From IMG/VR virus record IMGVR_UViG_3300049205_000027, positions 1 to 39,527 of that record: 39,527 nt of DNA; one strand, given 5' to 3'. Both the position numbers and the translations under genes were made by a program. This document shows positions 25,102 to 33,912 of the stretch, piece by piece (position 1 is the stretch's first letter; each line of letters starts with the position of its first letter). The stretch comes from a virus (taxonomy: Duplodnaviria; Caudoviricetes). The notes under the pieces were generated by a model. The model was not told where the DNA came from. It was given only the letters and a program-made list of their open reading frames with translations, and did no database searches.

Positions 25102-25760
25102 CCCTCGCCCTGTTCGACGCGCCCCTGCCGCGCATGGCCGAGCTTGACCCTGCACGCTGCCGAGTCCACTCGGTCAATTACGAGACGGTCAAGATCGTTC
25201 TTCGGGATGCCCACTACATCGGCACGCCCGGCGCAACCTCGGTTGCCCTTGGGATGTACGTGGACGACGTTATTGCTGGGGTCATCACCTTCGGCACTAT
25301 CCCGAGGAACAACGCTAGCGCGATCTGTGGGCACGAGTGGGCCCCGCGCGTCATGGAACTCACTCGCCTTGCGCTGTACCACTGGGCTCCCAAGAACAGT
25401 GAGTCATGGTTCATCGGCGCCTCACTCCACACACTCCGTAGCCTGCGGCCCGATATTCGCATTCTCGTCTCCTATGCAGACGAGTCGGTTGGACACGTCG
25501 GGACGATCTACCAGGCGACTAACTGGATCTACACCGGGGCCAGCACTAACGACTACGTCTATGTCACCAATGACGGCGAAGTTCTGCACCCGCGCACTAC
25601 GGGGCGGCGACGTGGGGATCTCCCGCCCGGGAAGTGGCAGCCCACCCCGGCAAAACACCGCTACATCAAGTTCATCGGAAGCCGCAGCGATAGGCGATCA
25701 CTGACTCGTCAACTGCGCTGGCCTGCGCTGGCCTACCCGAGATTGCGAGCAGCGGCGTGA
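25098..25760 (+). CDS. Mom-family (GNAT-like) DNA adenine modification enzyme
   Basis: HY, GVITFG, ELTRL, KNSESWFI, LVSYAD..GH.GTIYQATNW.YTG. Confidence 0.8.
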   Translation: MTLALFDAPLPRMAELDPARCRVHSVNYETVKIVLRDAHYIGTPGATSVALGMYVDDVIAGVITFGTIPRNNASAICGHEWAPRVMELTRLALYHWAPKNSESWFIGASLHTLRSLRPDIRILVSYADESVGHVGTIYQATNWIYTGASTNDYVYVTNDGEVLHPRTTGRRRGDLPPGKWQPTPAKHRYIKFIGSRSDRRSLTRQLRWPALAYPRLRAAA

Positions 25761-25891
25761 TTGACGACGAGCACACCACTGACGCAGCGATGGGCGTTTT
25801 GCGCACATGCCCCTGCTACCTGCACTACGGCCGTGCCATCGAGCCCCTTGCATGCATCTGCGAATGCGACCACTCAGACGGAGGAAACTGA
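25757..25891 (+). CDS. Cys-rich microprotein (44 aa, not in ORF track)
   Basis: MIDDEHTTD...CPC.LH....C.C.C.H; GTGA coupling. Confidence 0.5.
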   Translation: MIDDEHTTDAAMGVLRTCPCYLHYGRAIEPLACICECDHSDGGN

Positions 25892-25927
25892 CATGGAGAT
25901 CATCTCCGACACCCTCGCCGAGCAGCC

Positions 25928-26203
25928 ATGACCACCGCCGTCGTCATCGCCGCCTGCTGCATCCTCATCACCGGCCTGTTCGCCGTGATCGTCGAGCGCA
26001 CCAACGAGCGCGACGAGGCCCGCACCACTGCCGCCCGCCTCGAAGCCGAAGCCAACGCCCACGCCGCCGAGAACGCCCGCCTGACCACCGAGCTCGCTGC
26101 GCGTGGGCCACGGCTGCGGGTGGTGCCGCCACAGCGCGACGGGTCGGAGTACGAGTGGCCGCGGATCGCCCGCGTGCTGGAGATCGAAGAGGGCGGTGCG
26201 TGA
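25928..26203 (+). CDS. Membrane-anchored coiled-coil protein
   Basis: N-terminal TM segment followed by heptad repeats. Confidence 0.7.
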   Translation: MTTAVVIAACCILITGLFAVIVERTNERDEARTTAARLEAEANAHAAENARLTTELAARGPRLRVVPPQRDGSEYEWPRIARVLEIEEGGA

Positions 26204-26526
26204 TGACCGAGATCAGCCGTGATCGCCGCGAGTTGTGGCGACTCGAAGGATTCCTCGCGATCAACGGGACGACCGCCACGCACCGCGAGCGGCAACTGCG
26301 CCTCTACCGGTACCTCGTCGACACGTGCGAGCACGAGTGGTCCGACGTGCGCGGATGGGGCGGGTCGCCTCGTGGGACGCGGCAGTGCTCGTGGTGCAAC
26401 TGGGTCCTTGCTCCCGGCGAGCAACTGGCCCCCGCGAGCACTGAGCCGCTGCCAACGGAGAACGCGCATCGCGTCTGGCAGGAGCGGTGTGCGGCCCGCG
26501 TCATCGCACCCGGCGGTGCGGCATGA
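26203..26526 (+). CDS. Hypothetical protein with CxH...CxxC motif
   Basis: MTEISRDRR...; TGATG coupling; CEHEW...CSWC. Confidence 0.65.
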   Translation: MTEISRDRRELWRLEGFLAINGTTATHRERQLRLYRYLVDTCEHEWSDVRGWGGSPRGTRQCSWCNWVLAPGEQLAPASTEPLPTENAHRVWQERCAARVIAPGGAA

Positions 26527-26759
26527 CCCGCCCATCCCGCCGCGTCGCCGACTACGCCCCCTCGACGCTCGAGCGGTCCGCCGAACTGGTGCTCGCGGCG
26601 GCGGTTGAGGAGGCGGTGGCGCTGCTGCGGAAGGATCCGCGACACAGCGCGGCCGTGTATGAAGCGTTCGATCACTGGTGTCCCGCGCAAGACCGGGTCG
26701 CCAACCTGCTGGCCAACGCTGCCACCGCCGCAGACCTGATCCTGGGGCGTGCGCGATGA
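26523..26759 (+). CDS. Hypothetical protein
   Basis: 78 aa, ATGA coupling. Confidence 0.6.
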   Translation: MTRPSRRVADYAPSTLERSAELVLAAAVEEAVALLRKDPRHSAAVYEAFDHWCPAQDRVANLLANAATAADLILGRAR

Positions 26760-26884
26760 GCGCGGCGGACGAGCGACAGGGCGTCGAGAGTGGCGCTGCC
26801 CCGATATGCCTATTGCACCCGCTGGTTGACCGCCTGACGACGTGTCCTCGGTGCGTCACCCAGCCCACAGGACTCGACCGATGA
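26756..26884 (+). CDS. Small Cys/His protein
   Basis: 42 aa, C..H...CPRC, coupled at both ends. Confidence 0.45.
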   Translation: MSAADERQGVESGAAPICLLHPLVDRLTTCPRCVTQPTGLDR

Positions 26885-27207
26885 GCGCGCCGGACGAGGC
26901 CACGGGATCGCGCGGCGAGGTGGAGGCGCTGGCGGCGGCACTGTTCGCCGAGTGGCGGCGCGTCGATCCGGACAGCGGGGTAGCCAAGTACCCACCGTCC
27001 TACATGGCGAACTTCGCCGACATGGCCCGCGCAGCCCTCGCCTCCGACTGGCTGGCCCAGCGTGACGCCGCCCAACACGCCGAAGGTGCCAAGGCTGTCC
27101 TCGACGCGGTAGAGGGTGTCGCCAACCTGCTCGGCTACTCCTACGACTCGGCCCAATACGTCGCCGCCGCTCGTCATGCTGCTGCCTGGTTCGGAGTGAC
27201 CCGGTGA
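26881..27207 (+). CDS. Hypothetical protein
   Basis: 108 aa, ATGA coupling. Confidence 0.65.
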   Translation: MSAPDEATGSRGEVEALAAALFAEWRRVDPDSGVAKYPPSYMANFADMARAALASDWLAQRDAAQHAEGAKAVLDAVEGVANLLGYSYDSAQYVAAARHAAAWFGVTR

Positions 27208-27482
27208 GCGCCGACGAGCGGGTGGTGCGTGTGCTGGCTGAGCACGAGCACTGGCACCACGAAGGCGGCTGTTCCTGTGGCTGGAAGTTGACCATGAAGG
27301 ACTTCGGCCGCTGGTCCGAAGCTCACCGCGCCCACGTTGCTGCCGCGCTCGGACCCGTGCTCGCTGAGGTGCGGGCAGAGGCATGGGACGAGGGCTACGA
27401 CGCGCGTGGCGGGGACATTGCGAACGAGGGTCTGACTGTCAGCACCGTCACGCCCAACCCATACCGAGGCGGCACCCCATGA
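27204..27482 (+). CDS. Hypothetical protein (CSCG...H..HVA; AEAWDEG...NPYR)
   Basis: Motifs common in small actinophage early proteins; GTGA coupling. Confidence 0.7.
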   Translation: MSADERVVRVLAEHEHWHHEGGCSCGWKLTMKDFGRWSEAHRAHVAAALGPVLAEVRAEAWDEGYDARGGDIANEGLTVSTVTPNPYRGGTP

Positions 27483-27661
27483 CCGCCGACAACACCATCG
27501 CCGACGTCGGCAACGAAGCCCGCGGCGACTGGCTGGCTGAACGACCCGACGTGGAGCAGCCCAGCACGGCGGAAGCCGCCGACCCGCGCGCCATCGACCA
27601 GCCCTGGTGCGGGGCCTGTGCGTGCAGGCATGGCGCGAACGACCCGTGGTGTGCGGCATGA
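27479..27661 (+). CDS. Hypothetical protein
   Basis: 60 aa, C-terminal CGAC.C.H....C; coupled. Confidence 0.5.
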   Translation: MTADNTIADVGNEARGDWLAERPDVEQPSTAEAADPRAIDQPWCGACACRHGANDPWCAA

Positions 27662-27828
27662 ACGAGACCCACGAACACAGCCGCGAAGAAACCGGCCGCC
27701 TCATCCGCGTCGTCTGCAGTTGCGGATGGACAGGCAGATGGCGCTCCCGCAGCAACTACCTACTCGAGAAGCAACTCCACAGCGACGACGGCGAACACCT
27801 CTACGCCGTGAGAAGAGGCCAAGCATGA
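27658..27828 (+). CDS. Hypothetical protein (CSCGW motif)
   Basis: 56 aa, coupled at both ends. Confidence 0.55.
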   Translation: MNETHEHSREETGRLIRVVCSCGWTGRWRSRSNYLLEKQLHSDDGEHLYAVRRGQA

Positions 27829-28646
27829 CCCTCCAAATCCTCGACGACCTCGAGCAAGGCACCGACGAATGGCACGACGCCCGCCGCGGCATCGTCACCG
27901 CATCCGTCGTCGGCAAGCTCGTCACCTACGGCCCACCCGACGCCATCTCCGTCGCCTGCCCAACCTGCGAGGCGCGACCCGAGAACCCCTGCGTGTCCAA
28001 GGCTCGCAAGGAACGCACCGAGATCAAGTCGATACACCCGGCACGCATCGAGCATGCAGCAGGACGGGCGCCCGTGTTCAGCGTCGCCGACAACGACACC
28101 TCCTGCGGGCTGACCGAGACGCTCATCGCCGAACGCATCACCGGCTGGACCGAAGACACCCCCATGAACTCGGACATGTGGCGGGGTCGGGAGGCCGAGC
28201 CGCACGCTCGCGACCTCTACAGCAGGCACTATGCCCCGGCGACCGAGCTCGGGTTCATGCTCCGCGAGGAAGACGGCTGGCAGCTCGGCTACTCCCCCGA
28301 CGGGCTGGTCGGCGACGACGGGCTGATCGAGATCAAGGCCCCGCGAGCGAAGACGCATCTGCGGACGATCCTGGCCGACGAGGTGCCGGCGCAGTACATG
28401 CCGCAGTTGCAGGCCGGGCTACTCGTCTCCGGCTGCAAGTGGATCGACTTCGTGTCCTACGTCGGCGGCATGCCCCTGTACGTGAAGCGGGTCTATCGCG
28501 ACCCCGACTGGTTCGACGCCATCGAAGCCGCATGCATCGCCTTCGAAGCAACCGCCGCACGCACCGTCGCCGACTACGAGCAACGCGTCGTCGGCATGCC
28601 CACGACCGAACGACTCTCCCTCGACAACCTAGGACTGGTGTTCTGA
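27825..28646 (+). CDS. YqaJ / lambda-exonuclease family recombination nuclease
   Basis: QGT.EW...R.GIVTAS, M.RG...EP.AR..Y, YSPDGLV, IEIK, Y.PQ.Q. Confidence 0.92.
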   Translation: MTLQILDDLEQGTDEWHDARRGIVTASVVGKLVTYGPPDAISVACPTCEARPENPCVSKARKERTEIKSIHPARIEHAAGRAPVFSVADNDTSCGLTETLIAERITGWTEDTPMNSDMWRGREAEPHARDLYSRHYAPATELGFMLREEDGWQLGYSPDGLVGDDGLIEIKAPRAKTHLRTILADEVPAQYMPQLQAGLLVSGCKWIDFVSYVGGMPLYVKRVYRDPDWFDAIEAACIAFEATAARTVADYEQRVVGMPTTERLSLDNLGLVF

Positions 28647-28647
28647 C

Positions 28648-29289
28648 ATGGATCTCACCAAAGCGCTCGCACCCAAGAGCGACCAACTCGACTTCGCCGA
28701 CCTCGACGGCCTCCCCCCGCAGGTCTTCACCATCACCGACGTCAGCGAGAACGGCTCCGAACTCGCCGACCAGCAGCCGGTAAACATCACGCTCGCCGAG
28801 TTCCCCCGAGTCTGGCGACCAAGCAAGGGGATGCTGCGCGTCCTGGCCGACAACTGGGGCAAGGACGTCAAGATCTGGGTCGGTCGCAAGGTCGAGCTGT
28901 ACGGCGACCCGGAGGTGTACTTCGGCAAGGAAAAGCGAGGCGGCACGCGGATCCGCCGCCTCTCGCACATCTCCAGCCGCAAGACGACGCTCGTCAATCC
29001 CCGTGGCGGCAGGGGCGCGTACTGGTCCGTCGAGCCGCTGCCCGATGCTCCGGCACCCGTCCCCGAACTGACTCCCGACGAGGTCGCCGCGCAGGTAGCC
29101 GACGCCCTCAAGGGCGCCAGCGCCGAGGCCGAGGTCCGCGAGTGGGGCAACCGGGCACACGCTCGGAACCTGCTCGACATGCAGGTCAATGGCGAGACCC
29201 TCCGGAACCTCGTCACGCACCGTCTCGCCGAACTAGCCGGGACCACGACTGAGGACCAGCCCATCGACGGCGAGTTGGTGGAGCCGTGA
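28648..29289 (+). CDS. Putative ssDNA-binding/annealing partner of the exonuclease
   Basis: Occupies the RecT/Erf slot; KSDQL..DL, W.G..V.LY.DP.V.FG...GG.RI..LSHI; no RecT or Erf motif recognised. Confidence 0.55.
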   Translation: MDLTKALAPKSDQLDFADLDGLPPQVFTITDVSENGSELADQQPVNITLAEFPRVWRPSKGMLRVLADNWGKDVKIWVGRKVELYGDPEVYFGKEKRGGTRIRRLSHISSRKTTLVNPRGGRGAYWSVEPLPDAPAPVPELTPDEVAAQVADALKGASAEAEVREWGNRAHARNLLDMQVNGETLRNLVTHRLAELAGTTTEDQPIDGELVEP

Positions 29290-29404
29290 GCGGCGTGAAC
29301 TGGTTCTCCGGCGATTGGGGACACGGCCGCGTGCACATCGGCACCACTGATGATCTCGGCGACCACGGACGGCACTGCGACGAGGCTGAGCAGTGAGCGG
29401 CGAT

Positions 29405-29560
29405 GTGATCCCGTTCCCGAACGAGCCGTCTTCGCTCGCTGAGCGGCCAGAGGGACCCGAATGCGCCTGCGCCGAAGACCGCGTCCTCCTGCCCTGCGAC
29501 TGGGGCTGGCGCTGCGATGAGTGCGGCCTACCGGTGCCGAGGGTGGTGGGTGAGCAGTGA
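29405..29560 (+). CDS. Small zinc-ribbon protein (51 aa, not in ORF track)
   Basis: CAC...WRCDECG; GTGA overlap with the methyltransferase. Confidence 0.5.
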   Translation: MIPFPNEPSSLAERPEGPECACAEDRVLLPCDWGWRCDECGLPVPRVVGEQ

Positions 29561-30897
29561 GCGCGACCACCTTCGATGCCGTTGATGACTTCGCCGGCCC
29601 CGGCGGTTGGGACGAGGGCGCGCGCATGGTCGGCCTCAAGACGGTTGGGATTGAGCATGACCACGCGGCCTGCATGACAGCCGTTGCTGCTGGGCACGCG
29701 CGCATCCGCGCCGACGTCTCGGTCTACCCATCTCTCGCCTTCGCCGCTATCCGCGGCTACATCGCATCGCCGCCTTGCACGCTGTTCTCATCCGCCGGGA
29801 CTGGTGTAGGCAAACTTGTGTTTGACGTGCTCGACCAGGGCATCCGCCGCATCTTCGCGGGCGAGGACTGCCGCGCCGAGGTCCGCGAGGCCATCTACCC
29901 CGTGACGCTCGCTGAGGCGCATTCCAAGAACATCAAGCGCGGGCGGGGGAAGCAGTGGCCCCGAGAGAAGGTCGAGGCCAAAGCCAATCAGGACGCGTTC
30001 GTCGCCAGCCTGGTCCTTGAGCCTGCTCGCCGCATCGTAGAGATGAATCCCGAGTGGGTCGCCCTGGAGCAGGTGCCCGAGGTGCTGCCACTCTGGAAGA
30101 CCTATGTCCGCGAGCTCCGGGCACGTGGCTACTCGGCCTGGACGGGCGTCCTGAACTCGGCCAACTACGGCGTGCCGCAGACCCGAGAGCGGGCTGTCGT
30201 CATGGCGTCCCGCGTGCAGAAGGTCGCACCTCCAGCCCCGACACACTCGCAGTACGGGGACGACGGTGACCTGTTCGGCGAGTCGCGTGAGAAGTGGGTC
30301 AGCATGGCCCACGCGCTCGGCTGGGGCTTCGATGAACCGTCCTGCACCGTCTCGGCGGGTGGCGCGGAGACGGGTGGCGCGGAGCCTTTCGCCAATGCGG
30401 GGTATCGCAGGCGACTCTCGACCTTCGTCCAGCGCGAGCGGTCTGGCGATCGTGCCGAGGAGGGCTTTGACGCAGCCGAGGGTCCGTCCCAGTGCCTCAC
30501 CAGCAAAGCCCGCTCATGGCAGCGCACGTTCGTCTCTGCCGGCGTGACCGGCGAGGGGCGACCAAAGGATCCGGAGACGCAGCCAGCCGACACGCTGACA
30601 GGCAAGGGCACGGCGTACTGGATCCACGAGCGGCCTGCGACGACCATCGTCGGCTCGTTCAAGCCTGAGATCGTCAGCCCACCCGGCTATCGAACCAGCA
30701 CCAGCCGACAGAACGCCGAAGGTGGCGTCAGGGTCACAGTCGCCGAAGGTGGCGTCTTGCAGTCGTTCCCAGCCGACTACCCCTGGCGAGGCTCACGCAG
30801 CAAGCAGTACCAGCAGGTCGGCAACGCGATCCCGCCACTGCTCGCTGCGCACATCCTGAGCGCCCTTATGGGCCGGACTCTGGAGGTGGCCGCGTGA
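29557..30897 (+). CDS. DNA (cytosine-5) methyltransferase
   Basis: Motif I FAGPGG, IV SPPC, VI EQV, VIII YGVPQTRER, IX-X LQSFP...QVGNAIPP. Confidence 0.93.
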   Translation: MSATTFDAVDDFAGPGGWDEGARMVGLKTVGIEHDHAACMTAVAAGHARIRADVSVYPSLAFAAIRGYIASPPCTLFSSAGTGVGKLVFDVLDQGIRRIFAGEDCRAEVREAIYPVTLAEAHSKNIKRGRGKQWPREKVEAKANQDAFVASLVLEPARRIVEMNPEWVALEQVPEVLPLWKTYVRELRARGYSAWTGVLNSANYGVPQTRERAVVMASRVQKVAPPAPTHSQYGDDGDLFGESREKWVSMAHALGWGFDEPSCTVSAGGAETGGAEPFANAGYRRRLSTFVQRERSGDRAEEGFDAAEGPSQCLTSKARSWQRTFVSAGVTGEGRPKDPETQPADTLTGKGTAYWIHERPATTIVGSFKPEIVSPPGYRTSTSRQNAEGGVRVTVAEGGVLQSFPADYPWRGSRSKQYQQVGNAIPPLLAAHILSALMGRTLEVAA

Positions 30898-31115
30898 TCG
30901 ACGACGAGTACACGACCGATTCCCGTCTCGCAGGAGCATGGCTTCCAAGCACGCAGATGGTGGATTGGGATGTGGCCCAACAGGCGCTTCGTAATCACCA
31001 GCCGGTCCTGCTTTTGTGGTCCTCGCCGCGCTTCGCCTGCTCCTGCGGCGAAAAGGTCCGCGAGTTCATCTGGCACATCGTGGACATCATCCGCGAGTCG
31101 GGCGGTGCAGCATGA
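30894..31115 (+). CDS. Hypothetical protein
   Basis: 73 aa; H...CSCG...H; coupled. Confidence 0.6.
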   Translation: MIDDEYTTDSRLAGAWLPSTQMVDWDVAQQALRNHQPVLLLWSSPRFACSCGEKVREFIWHIVDIIRESGGAA

Positions 31116-31507
31116 CCCGCCCCCTGCGCCTCACCGACGCCGACCGCGAAGCCTGGGCCATCACCTTCGCCCCGCCGGCCGACCTCATCAGCGCGAACGA
31201 CCGGCTCCACTGGCGCAAGCGGGCCGAGCTGACGAAGGCGTGGCGTGACGCAGCCCTAGTGCACGCGCTGTCCAAGTCGGTCGGCCCGTTCGACCGGGCG
31301 CACATCACCGTCGCCATCCGGTTCGCCACCAACCACCGCCGCGACGTCGGCAACTACTACCCCACCGCCAAAGCCATCGTCGATGGCCTAGTCGACGCCG
31401 GACTGCTCGAGGACGACGACGACACGCGCATCGTCGGCCCCGACCTCCGCCGCCACATCCCGAACGGCACACCCCTCGTGACCATCACCATCCAGGAGAT
31501 CCCATGA
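31112..31507 (+). CDS. rusA: RusA-like Holliday junction resolvase
   Basis: RRDVGN...K.IVDGL..AG..EDDD catalytic pattern. Confidence 0.85.
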   Translation: MTRPLRLTDADREAWAITFAPPADLISANDRLHWRKRAELTKAWRDAALVHALSKSVGPFDRAHITVAIRFATNHRRDVGNYYPTAKAIVDGLVDAGLLEDDDDTRIVGPDLRRHIPNGTPLVTITIQEIP

Positions 31508-31788
31508 GCATCCTTGACCTGCGCCTCGAAGCCTGGACCCAACAGGCGGCGTGCATCAACTATGACCCGGCGTTGTGGTATCCGGAGAATGAGGGCCCTG
31601 GTGGTCCTGGTGCACGCGCTCGCCGTACCGCAGCCGCGAAGGAGATTTGCGCCGGCTGTCCTGTCCGCCTCAGATGCCTCGACGCCGCGTTGGCTGAGCC
31701 TCGTGGCCGCGGCGCATACGGCGTTTGGGGTGGCTTAGACGAACACGAACGCGCCCGACTCATCGCCGCCGTGGACGGTGCCGCATGA
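31504..31788 (+). CDS. whiB: WhiB-family transcriptional regulator
   Basis: W...AAC...AKEICAGCPVR..CL..AL...GVWGG..E.ER (four Cys plus the G[IV]WGG turn). Confidence 0.93.
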   Translation: MSILDLRLEAWTQQAACINYDPALWYPENEGPGGPGARARRTAAAKEICAGCPVRLRCLDAALAEPRGRGAYGVWGGLDEHERARLIAAVDGAA

Positions 31789-32123
31789 ACGAGCACGGCG
31801 CCGAGAAGGACGCGGCTCCAGTCCGGGCGATCTTGCTCACCGAGCGCGCACGCTTCGGTGGCGAGACGGGCGCGGGCCTGATGCGCAACCGCTGCGCGTT
31901 CACTTCCCGCGACATGGGCGCAGACTGGCCCGACTCGTTCACCTACGCCGTCGTGTTCGGGTGGGACAGCGACGAACCTGACGACGACGACCCGCACGGC
32001 GCGATGCGCGAGCAGGCCGCGAAATGGGGCTGGGACGCCGAGATGGTTGCGTTCCTCCGTGACGCTCACGAGCGATTCGCCCTGCTGTCCGACCGCGACC
32101 TTCCGCCCGGTGGTGCCGCATGA
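31785..32123 (+). CDS. Hypothetical protein
   Basis: 112 aa, ATGA coupling. Confidence 0.65.
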   Translation: MNEHGAEKDAAPVRAILLTERARFGGETGAGLMRNRCAFTSRDMGADWPDSFTYAVVFGWDSDEPDDDDPHGAMREQAAKWGWDAEMVAFLRDAHERFALLSDRDLPPGGAA

Positions 32124-32791
32124 AGCCCGACGATCCGCGTCATGGCACCACCACTGGATACCGGTACGGATGCCGCCAACCCTGCTGCCGCCGCGCCGTC
32201 GCCGCCGCAGCCATGAACCGACGCAACCGCAAGTACCTCCAACGCCGAGACTCCCTCACCGTCTCAAACCTGGGCACCAAACGACGGATCCAAGCTCTCG
32301 TAGCACTCGGATGGTCGCTCGCAGAACTCAGCCGCCGCGCCGGCTACGACCGCAGCCACCTAGGACTCATCATCCGACGCGGCGGCCCGCTCCACGCATC
32401 AACAGCGCAACGCATCGCATCCCTCTACGAGCAACTGTCCATGACGCTGCCGCCGCAGACATCGAAGATTGAACGCATCGATGCCAGCCGTGCGAGGAAC
32501 CTCGCCCGCCGCAACGGCTGGGTTCCGCCGCTCACCTGGAACAACATCGACGACCCGAACGAGCGGCCACACGGTGGCGGCGACTACACCAGCAAGCACG
32601 ACGTCGACCCCGTTGTCGTCGAACGCGTCCTCGCCGGTGAGCGACTGCGCATGACCGCCGCCGAACGCACCGAGGTCGTACGCCGGGCACGACAACTCGG
32701 CTGGTCATTCCTCCAGATCGAGGCACGCACCGGAGTGACGAAGCCGGAGCGGGTGGCCGAACGCATCACCGGACTCGAGGAGGCGTCATGA
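32120..32791 (+). CDS. HTH DNA-binding protein with N-terminal HGT..Y..GCR..C motif
   Basis: RRIQALVALGWSLAELSRRAG HTH plus a second C-terminal HTH. Confidence 0.75.
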   Translation: MKPDDPRHGTTTGYRYGCRQPCCRRAVAAAAMNRRNRKYLQRRDSLTVSNLGTKRRIQALVALGWSLAELSRRAGYDRSHLGLIIRRGGPLHASTAQRIASLYEQLSMTLPPQTSKIERIDASRARNLARRNGWVPPLTWNNIDDPNERPHGGGDYTSKHDVDPVVVERVLAGERLRMTAAERTEVVRRARQLGWSFLQIEARTGVTKPERVAERITGLEEAS

Positions 32792-32919
32792 AGATCTGTG
32801 CCGCCACCGACTGCCAACACGGCCAAATCGCTCATCGGTACCTGCACGGCACTGGCGCGAACACGGGCGAATGCCTGTGCCCAGGATGCCCCTGCGGTGA
32901 TTTTGAGGAGGGCGAGTAG
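32788..32919 (+). CDS. Cys/His-rich microprotein (43 aa, not in ORF track)
   Basis: MKICAATDCQH...H...ECLCPGCPCGDF; GAGGAGG RBS; fills the gap exactly. Confidence 0.6.
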   Translation: MKICAATDCQHGQIAHRYLHGTGANTGECLCPGCPCGDFEEGE

Positions 32920-33293
32920 TGGCCCGCATCCGCACCACCAAGCCATCGTTCTGGGGCTCCGGCACCATCGCCAAGCTCAGCCGCGACGCCCGCCTCACCA
33001 CCCTCGGACTCATCTCCTTCGCCGACGACGACGGCCGATTCCTCGCAGCCACAAACGCCATCAACGGCTTCGTCTACCCAAACGACGACCTCCCGCCAGC
33101 CAAAGTCCGCCGCTGGCTCGACGAGATCGCCAACGTCGGACTCGTCCACGAATACGAAGTCGACAGCATCCGCTACGGCTGCTTCCCGTCCTGGCATGAG
33201 CACCAAGTCATCAACCGCTACACGCCGTCAGTGCTCCCAGCGCCCGCAATCGAGTGCGTGCCGCGGCAACCCAAGAAGAAGGAGGCGGCATGA
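32919..33293 (+). CDS. Phage replication initiator, N-terminal domain
   Basis: MARIRT.KP.FW...ARL...GL...ADD.GR...W..HQ.IN signature. Confidence 0.8.
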   Translation: MARIRTTKPSFWGSGTIAKLSRDARLTTLGLISFADDDGRFLAATNAINGFVYPNDDLPPAKVRRWLDEIANVGLVHEYEVDSIRYGCFPSWHEHQVINRYTPSVLPAPAIECVPRQPKKKEAA

Positions 33294-33472
33294 GCGACTC
33301 ACTGATTACTCACGGAGCGCTCCGTGAGTCCTCACTGAGTTACCACGTGGGCACTCACGACAGGAAGGGAAGGGAAGGGAAGGGAAGGGAGATAGGAGGG
33401 GAATCGGACGTAGTCCGCATGCATTCTCACCTTCCCAGCGAGGCCGATTCGATGCAGGGGCTACGCCCATGA
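33290..33472 (+). CDS. Short ORF carrying the GREGKGRE linker typical of replication initiators
   Basis: GGAGG RBS, ATGA coupling at both ends; RKGREGKGRE. Confidence 0.55.
   Translation: MSDSLITHGALRESSLSYHVGTHDRKGREGKGREIGGESDVVRMHSHLPSEADSMQGLRP
33363..33390 (+). repeat. (GGAAG)x5-6 purine tandem repeat
   Basis: GGAAGGGAAGGGAAGGGAAGGGAAGGGA. Confidence 0.85.
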
Positions 33473-33912
33473 GCATCAACAAGGACCAGGCCCGCATGCT
33501 CACCGCGCTCGCCGTCGCCTGCCGCCCCGTCGGTGCCTCACGTTGGGACGACGAAGGCGTGTTCCGCAGCATCGGGAAGATCCAGCACTGGTCGCTGCCC
33601 ATCGTGATCGAGCATGTGATCCGCCATGCCGCGGACCCGAAGGCGAAGACGCCGGGTGTAATCGGCAGCAGCCATACGCCGGCCGAGCTCGGGATGCCGA
33701 CAGCGACACCGCCACGCAAACACGAGCAGTGCGGTCGCTGCGGTGGCGTGCTGCCCGATTGTGCCTGTCGCCGCGAACACCTCGCCGCGACCTACGACGA
33801 CGACCAGGAGACCACCCGCATGGATGCAGAGACCGCACTACGGGCCGCACGGGACGCGATCCACGCCGCGAAGGGCGACGTGGCTGGGACTGAGACCGAG
33901 GAGGCGGTATGA
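33469..33912 (+). CDS. Hypothetical replication-module protein
   Basis: 147 aa; follows the initiator; A.DP.AKTPG.I and CGRC...C.C motifs. Confidence 0.65.
   Translation: MSINKDQARMLTALAVACRPVGASRWDDEGVFRSIGKIQHWSLPIVIEHVIRHAADPKAKTPGVIGSSHTPAELGMPTATPPRKHEQCGRCGGVLPDCACRREHLAATYDDDQETTRMDAETALRAARDAIHAAKGDVAGTETEEAV

Noticed and set aside
25849-25857. TGCATGCAT as a fourth operator
   Set aside because: Only 9 nt, inside a small ORF and without the TTGAC-CTA promoter context; may be chance
25900-27384. 494-aa minus-strand ORF and other long minus ORFs in the early region (23033-23989, 28629-29705, 36415-37317)
   Set aside because: They overlap chains of tightly coupled plus-strand genes and are low-complexity Arg/Pro-rich translations
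29286-29400. Short GTG-started ORF between the annealing-protein candidate and the zinc-ribbon ORF; similar tiny Cys ORFs at 34737-34817 and 37742-37804
   Set aside because: Plausible coupled microgenes but under 40 aa with no independent support; not listed as features
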